Below, piece after piece: positions 35,254-37,459 of a stretch of DNA of 37,459 nucleotides. A program made the translations under genes and the position numbers. Origin of the DNA: Nitriliruptorales bacterium (GTDB lineage Bacteria > Actinomycetota > Nitriliruptoria > Euzebyales > Egibacteraceae); the NCBI GenBank assembly GCA_007133145.1, contig SLNF01000317.1, positions 1 to 37,459 on the forward strand, read 5' to 3'. Within the stretch, counting starts at the first letter, position 1. Every line of letters begins with the position of its first letter. The notes under the pieces were generated by a model that saw only the letters and a list, made by a program, of their open reading frames with translations, ran no database searches and was not told where the DNA came from.

Positions 35254-37459
35254 TCAGACGTCGGGGCGGGCCCCGGACTCGGCGACGATCGCGTCGGTCG
35301 GCGTCGGCAGGGTCATCGTAGCCCGTCCGGCCCGGCGCCCGAGGTCGACCTCGCTGGGCCGCAGGACGCGGACCTCCGCGCCGAGGGGGACGTGGAGGTC
35401 GACGGCGGGACCGCACCAGGCGAGGTCGGTCACACCGGTCTGCACGCCCTTGCCCCCGCGGCGCTGGCGCGGGTACTCCTCGAGCGGGACGCGCTTGGTC
35501 TGCCCCTGCGCGCCGACGGTGAGGACGTCGGCGCGCACGCCGTCGGCGGGGAGGACGCCGAGGGTCACGAGGTGCGCGCCGTCGGGCACCGCCTGTCCGG
35601 CGACGCCGCTCGCGCTGCGCCCCATCGCCCGGACGTCGGCGACCCCGCAGCGCAGGACGAGGCCGCCGGAGTGCGCCAGCAGGAGCTCGTCGTCGGGGCC
35701 GCAGCCGGCGACGGCGACGAGGCGGTCACCCTCGCGCACCCCCGCGGCGACCATCGTGCGCGCCCTACCCTCGTAGGCCTCCCGCGTGGTGCGCTTGAGC
35801 AGCCCCGAGGCCGAGGCGGTGAGGACGTCGGTGGTGCCCGGCCCCAGGACGACCGCGCCGACGAGCGGGGCGGCGGGGGCCTCGCCGAGCAGCTGGGCGA
35901 GGGTGACCCCACGGTGGCGGGCGGTGACGACGGGGACGTCGCGCAGCGCGAGACGGTAGCCGCCGCCGGCGGCGTCGATCGCGAGGACGGTGTCGTCGGT
36001 CGTCGCGCGCAGGACTGCGGCGAGGGGGTCCTTGGGGTGGGCGTGGGGCGCGGTCGTCCGCCGGGCCCCGACGCTCTTGACGTAGCCGCTGCGCGTGAGC
36101 GAGACGGTGACCTCCTGCGCGGCGAGCTCGGGCAGGCTGTCGTCACCGTCGGCGGCCTCCACCGTCGGCGCCGCCGCGAGCCGGCTGCGGCGTGGGCCGG
36201 CGTGGCGCGCCTTGAGGTCGGCGAGCTCGGAGGTGAGCAGCGCGTCGAGCTCGCCGGGGTCGGCGAGGATCGCGTCGAGGCGGGCGATGCGCTCGAGGAG
36301 CTCGGCGTGCTCCTCGGCGAGCTTCGTGGCCTCGAGCCGGGCGAGGCGCCGCAGCTGCATGTCGAGGATCGCGCTCGCCTGGATCTCGGTGAGGTCGTAG
36401 CGCTCCATGAGCTGCCCGCGCGCGACGTCGGCGGAGTCGGCGGCGCGGATGAGGGCGATGACCTCGTCGAGGTGGTCGAGCGCGACGAGCAGCCCCTCGA
36501 GGACGTGGGCGCGGGCCGCGGCCTTCTCGCGGCGGTGCCGGGTGCGACGGGTCAGGACGTCGCGTTGATGGGCGACGTAGTCGCCGAGCAGCTCGCGCAG
36601 GCCGAGGGTGCGGGGCTCGGGCTGCTCACCGCGCGCCGGCGTCGTGAGGGCGACGAGGTTGGCGTGGAAGGTCTGGCGCAGGTCGGTGGCGTCGTAGAGG
36701 GCCGCGAGCGCCCGCTGGGGGTCCTCGCCGCGCTTGAGCTCGACGACGATGCGCATGCCGTCGCGGCTCGACTCGTCGCGCAGGTCGCGAACCGCCTCGA
36801 GCTTGCGGCGCGTCACGAGGTCGGCGATGCGCTCGAGCAGCGTCGCCTTGTTGACCTGGTAGGGGATCTCGGTGATGACGATGCGCGGCAGCCCGCCCGA
36901 GCGGGTCTCGGTCGTGGCGACCGCCTCGGTGGTGATCGCGCCCTTGCCGGTGAGGTAGGCGTCGCGGATCCCGTCGCCCTCGAGGATGCGGCCACCGGTT
37001 GGGAAGTCGGGGCCGGGCATGATCGCCATGAGGTCCCCGACGGTGGCGTCGGGGTTGGCGATGAGGTGGATCGTCGCGTCGATGGCCTCGCCGAGATGGT
37101 GGGGTGGGATGTTCGTCGCCATGCCGACGGCGATGCCCGACGAGCCGTTGACGAGGAGGTTGGGGAAGCGCGCGGGCAGGACGACCGGCTCGGTCTCGTG
37201 GCCGTCGTAGTTGGCGACCTCGTCGACGGTGTCCTCGTCGAGGCCGTCGAGCAGCTCCATCGCGAGCGGCGAGAGGCGGGCCTCGGTGTAGCGCATCGCC
37301 GCAGCGCTGTCGCCGTCGATCGAGCCGAAGTTGCCGTGGCCGTTCACAAGCGGGTAGCGGTAGCTGAAGGGTTGGGCCATGCGGACCATCGCGTCATAGA
37401 TGGCGCTGTCGCCGTGGGGGTGGTATTTCCCCATGACGTCACCGACGATGCGGGCCGAT
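35254..37459 (-). CDS. Type IIA DNA topoisomerase subunit A (ParC/GyrA family, probably topo IV ParC); the 5' end lies outside the window
   Basis: ORF 35254..37434 continues in frame to the window edge (...[45 protein letters not shown]...). The beta-pinwheel C-terminal domain is present. The genomic context is not the dnaA-gyrB-gyrA locus. Confidence 0.9.
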   Translation of the reverse strand, partial: SARIVGDVMGKYHPHGDSAIYDAMVRMAQPFSYRYPLVNGHGNFGSIDGDSAAAMRYTEARLSPLAMELLDGLDEDTVDEVANYDGHETEPVVLPARFPNLLVNGSSGIAVGMATNIPPHHLGEAIDATIHLIANPDATVGDLMAIMPGPDFPTGGRILEGDGIRDAYLTGKGAITTEAVATTETRSGGLPRIVITEIPYQVNKATLLERIADLVTRRKLEAVRDLRDESSRDGMRIVVELKRGEDPQRALAALYDATDLRQTFHANLVALTTPARGEQPEPRTLGLRELLGDYVAHQRDVLTRRTRHRREKAAARAHVLEGLLVALDHLDEVIALIRAADSADVARGQLMERYDLTEIQASAILDMQLRRLARLEATKLAEEHAELLERIARLDAILADPGELDALLTSELADLKARHAGPRRSRLAAAPTVEAADGDDSLPELAAQEVTVSLTRSGYVKSVGARRTTAPHAHPKDPLAAVLRATTDDTVLAIDAAGGGYRLALRDVPVVTARHRGVTLAQLLGEAPAAPLVGAVVLGPGTTDVLTASASGLLKRTTREAYEGRARTMVAAGVREGDRLVAVAGCGPDDELLLAHSGGLVLRCGVADVRAMGRSASGVAGQAVPDGAHLVTLGVLPADGVRADVLTVGAQGQTKRVPLEEYPRQRRGGKGVQTGVTDLAWCGPAVDLHVPLGAEVRVLRPSEVDLGRRAGRATMTLPTPTDAIVAESGARPDV

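Overview
This is a high-GC (roughly 70-75% by eye) Actinomycetota-type chromosomal segment. I found no rRNA, tRNA, CRISPR array, transposase or integrase. About 33 intact genes can be supported, and at least six gene remnants.

Left third, housekeeping genes:
- serC, an fabD-fabG-acyltransferase operon and an ABC-2 exporter.
- A stress-type module: a small uncharacterised protein, a GAF histidine kinase and a NarL/LuxR response regulator, then a CBS-pair protein and a three-part fusion (the same uncharacterised domain + CBS pair + BON) placed directly upstream of ppdK.

Middle: ctaB, a patatin-like lipase, and tal-tkt.

From 20.6 to 33.7 kb, directly beside tkt-tal, lies the most interesting region, a sugar/polyol-phosphate catabolic island:
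- It has three regulators (DeoR, LysR, GntR/HutC).
- It encodes two HAD phosphatases, an FGGY kinase, an RpiB-family isomerase, a glycerol-1-phosphate-dehydrogenase-like (Fe-ADH_2) enzyme and a class II aldolase.
- It also holds a decayed second gene set: a frameshifted TIM-like isomerase; tail-to-tail fused 5' stumps of a GlpD-like dehydrogenase and a second FGGY kinase; a twice-frameshifted second G1PDH-like gene; and internally deleted E1-beta/E2 remnants of a 2-oxoacid dehydrogenase.
- The gene content resembles the erythritol/threitol to erythrose-4-phosphate routes known from Brucella and Mycobacterium smegmatis. It differs in the G1PDH-like and aldolase components, so it may be an undescribed variant caught in partial decay.

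Right end: nitroreductase, a CHAD protein and a ParC/GyrA-family topoisomerase subunit that runs off the window.

All functional calls rest on motif recognition in the supplied translations. No database search was possible. Many long antisense ORFs in the track are high-GC artefacts and were not called.
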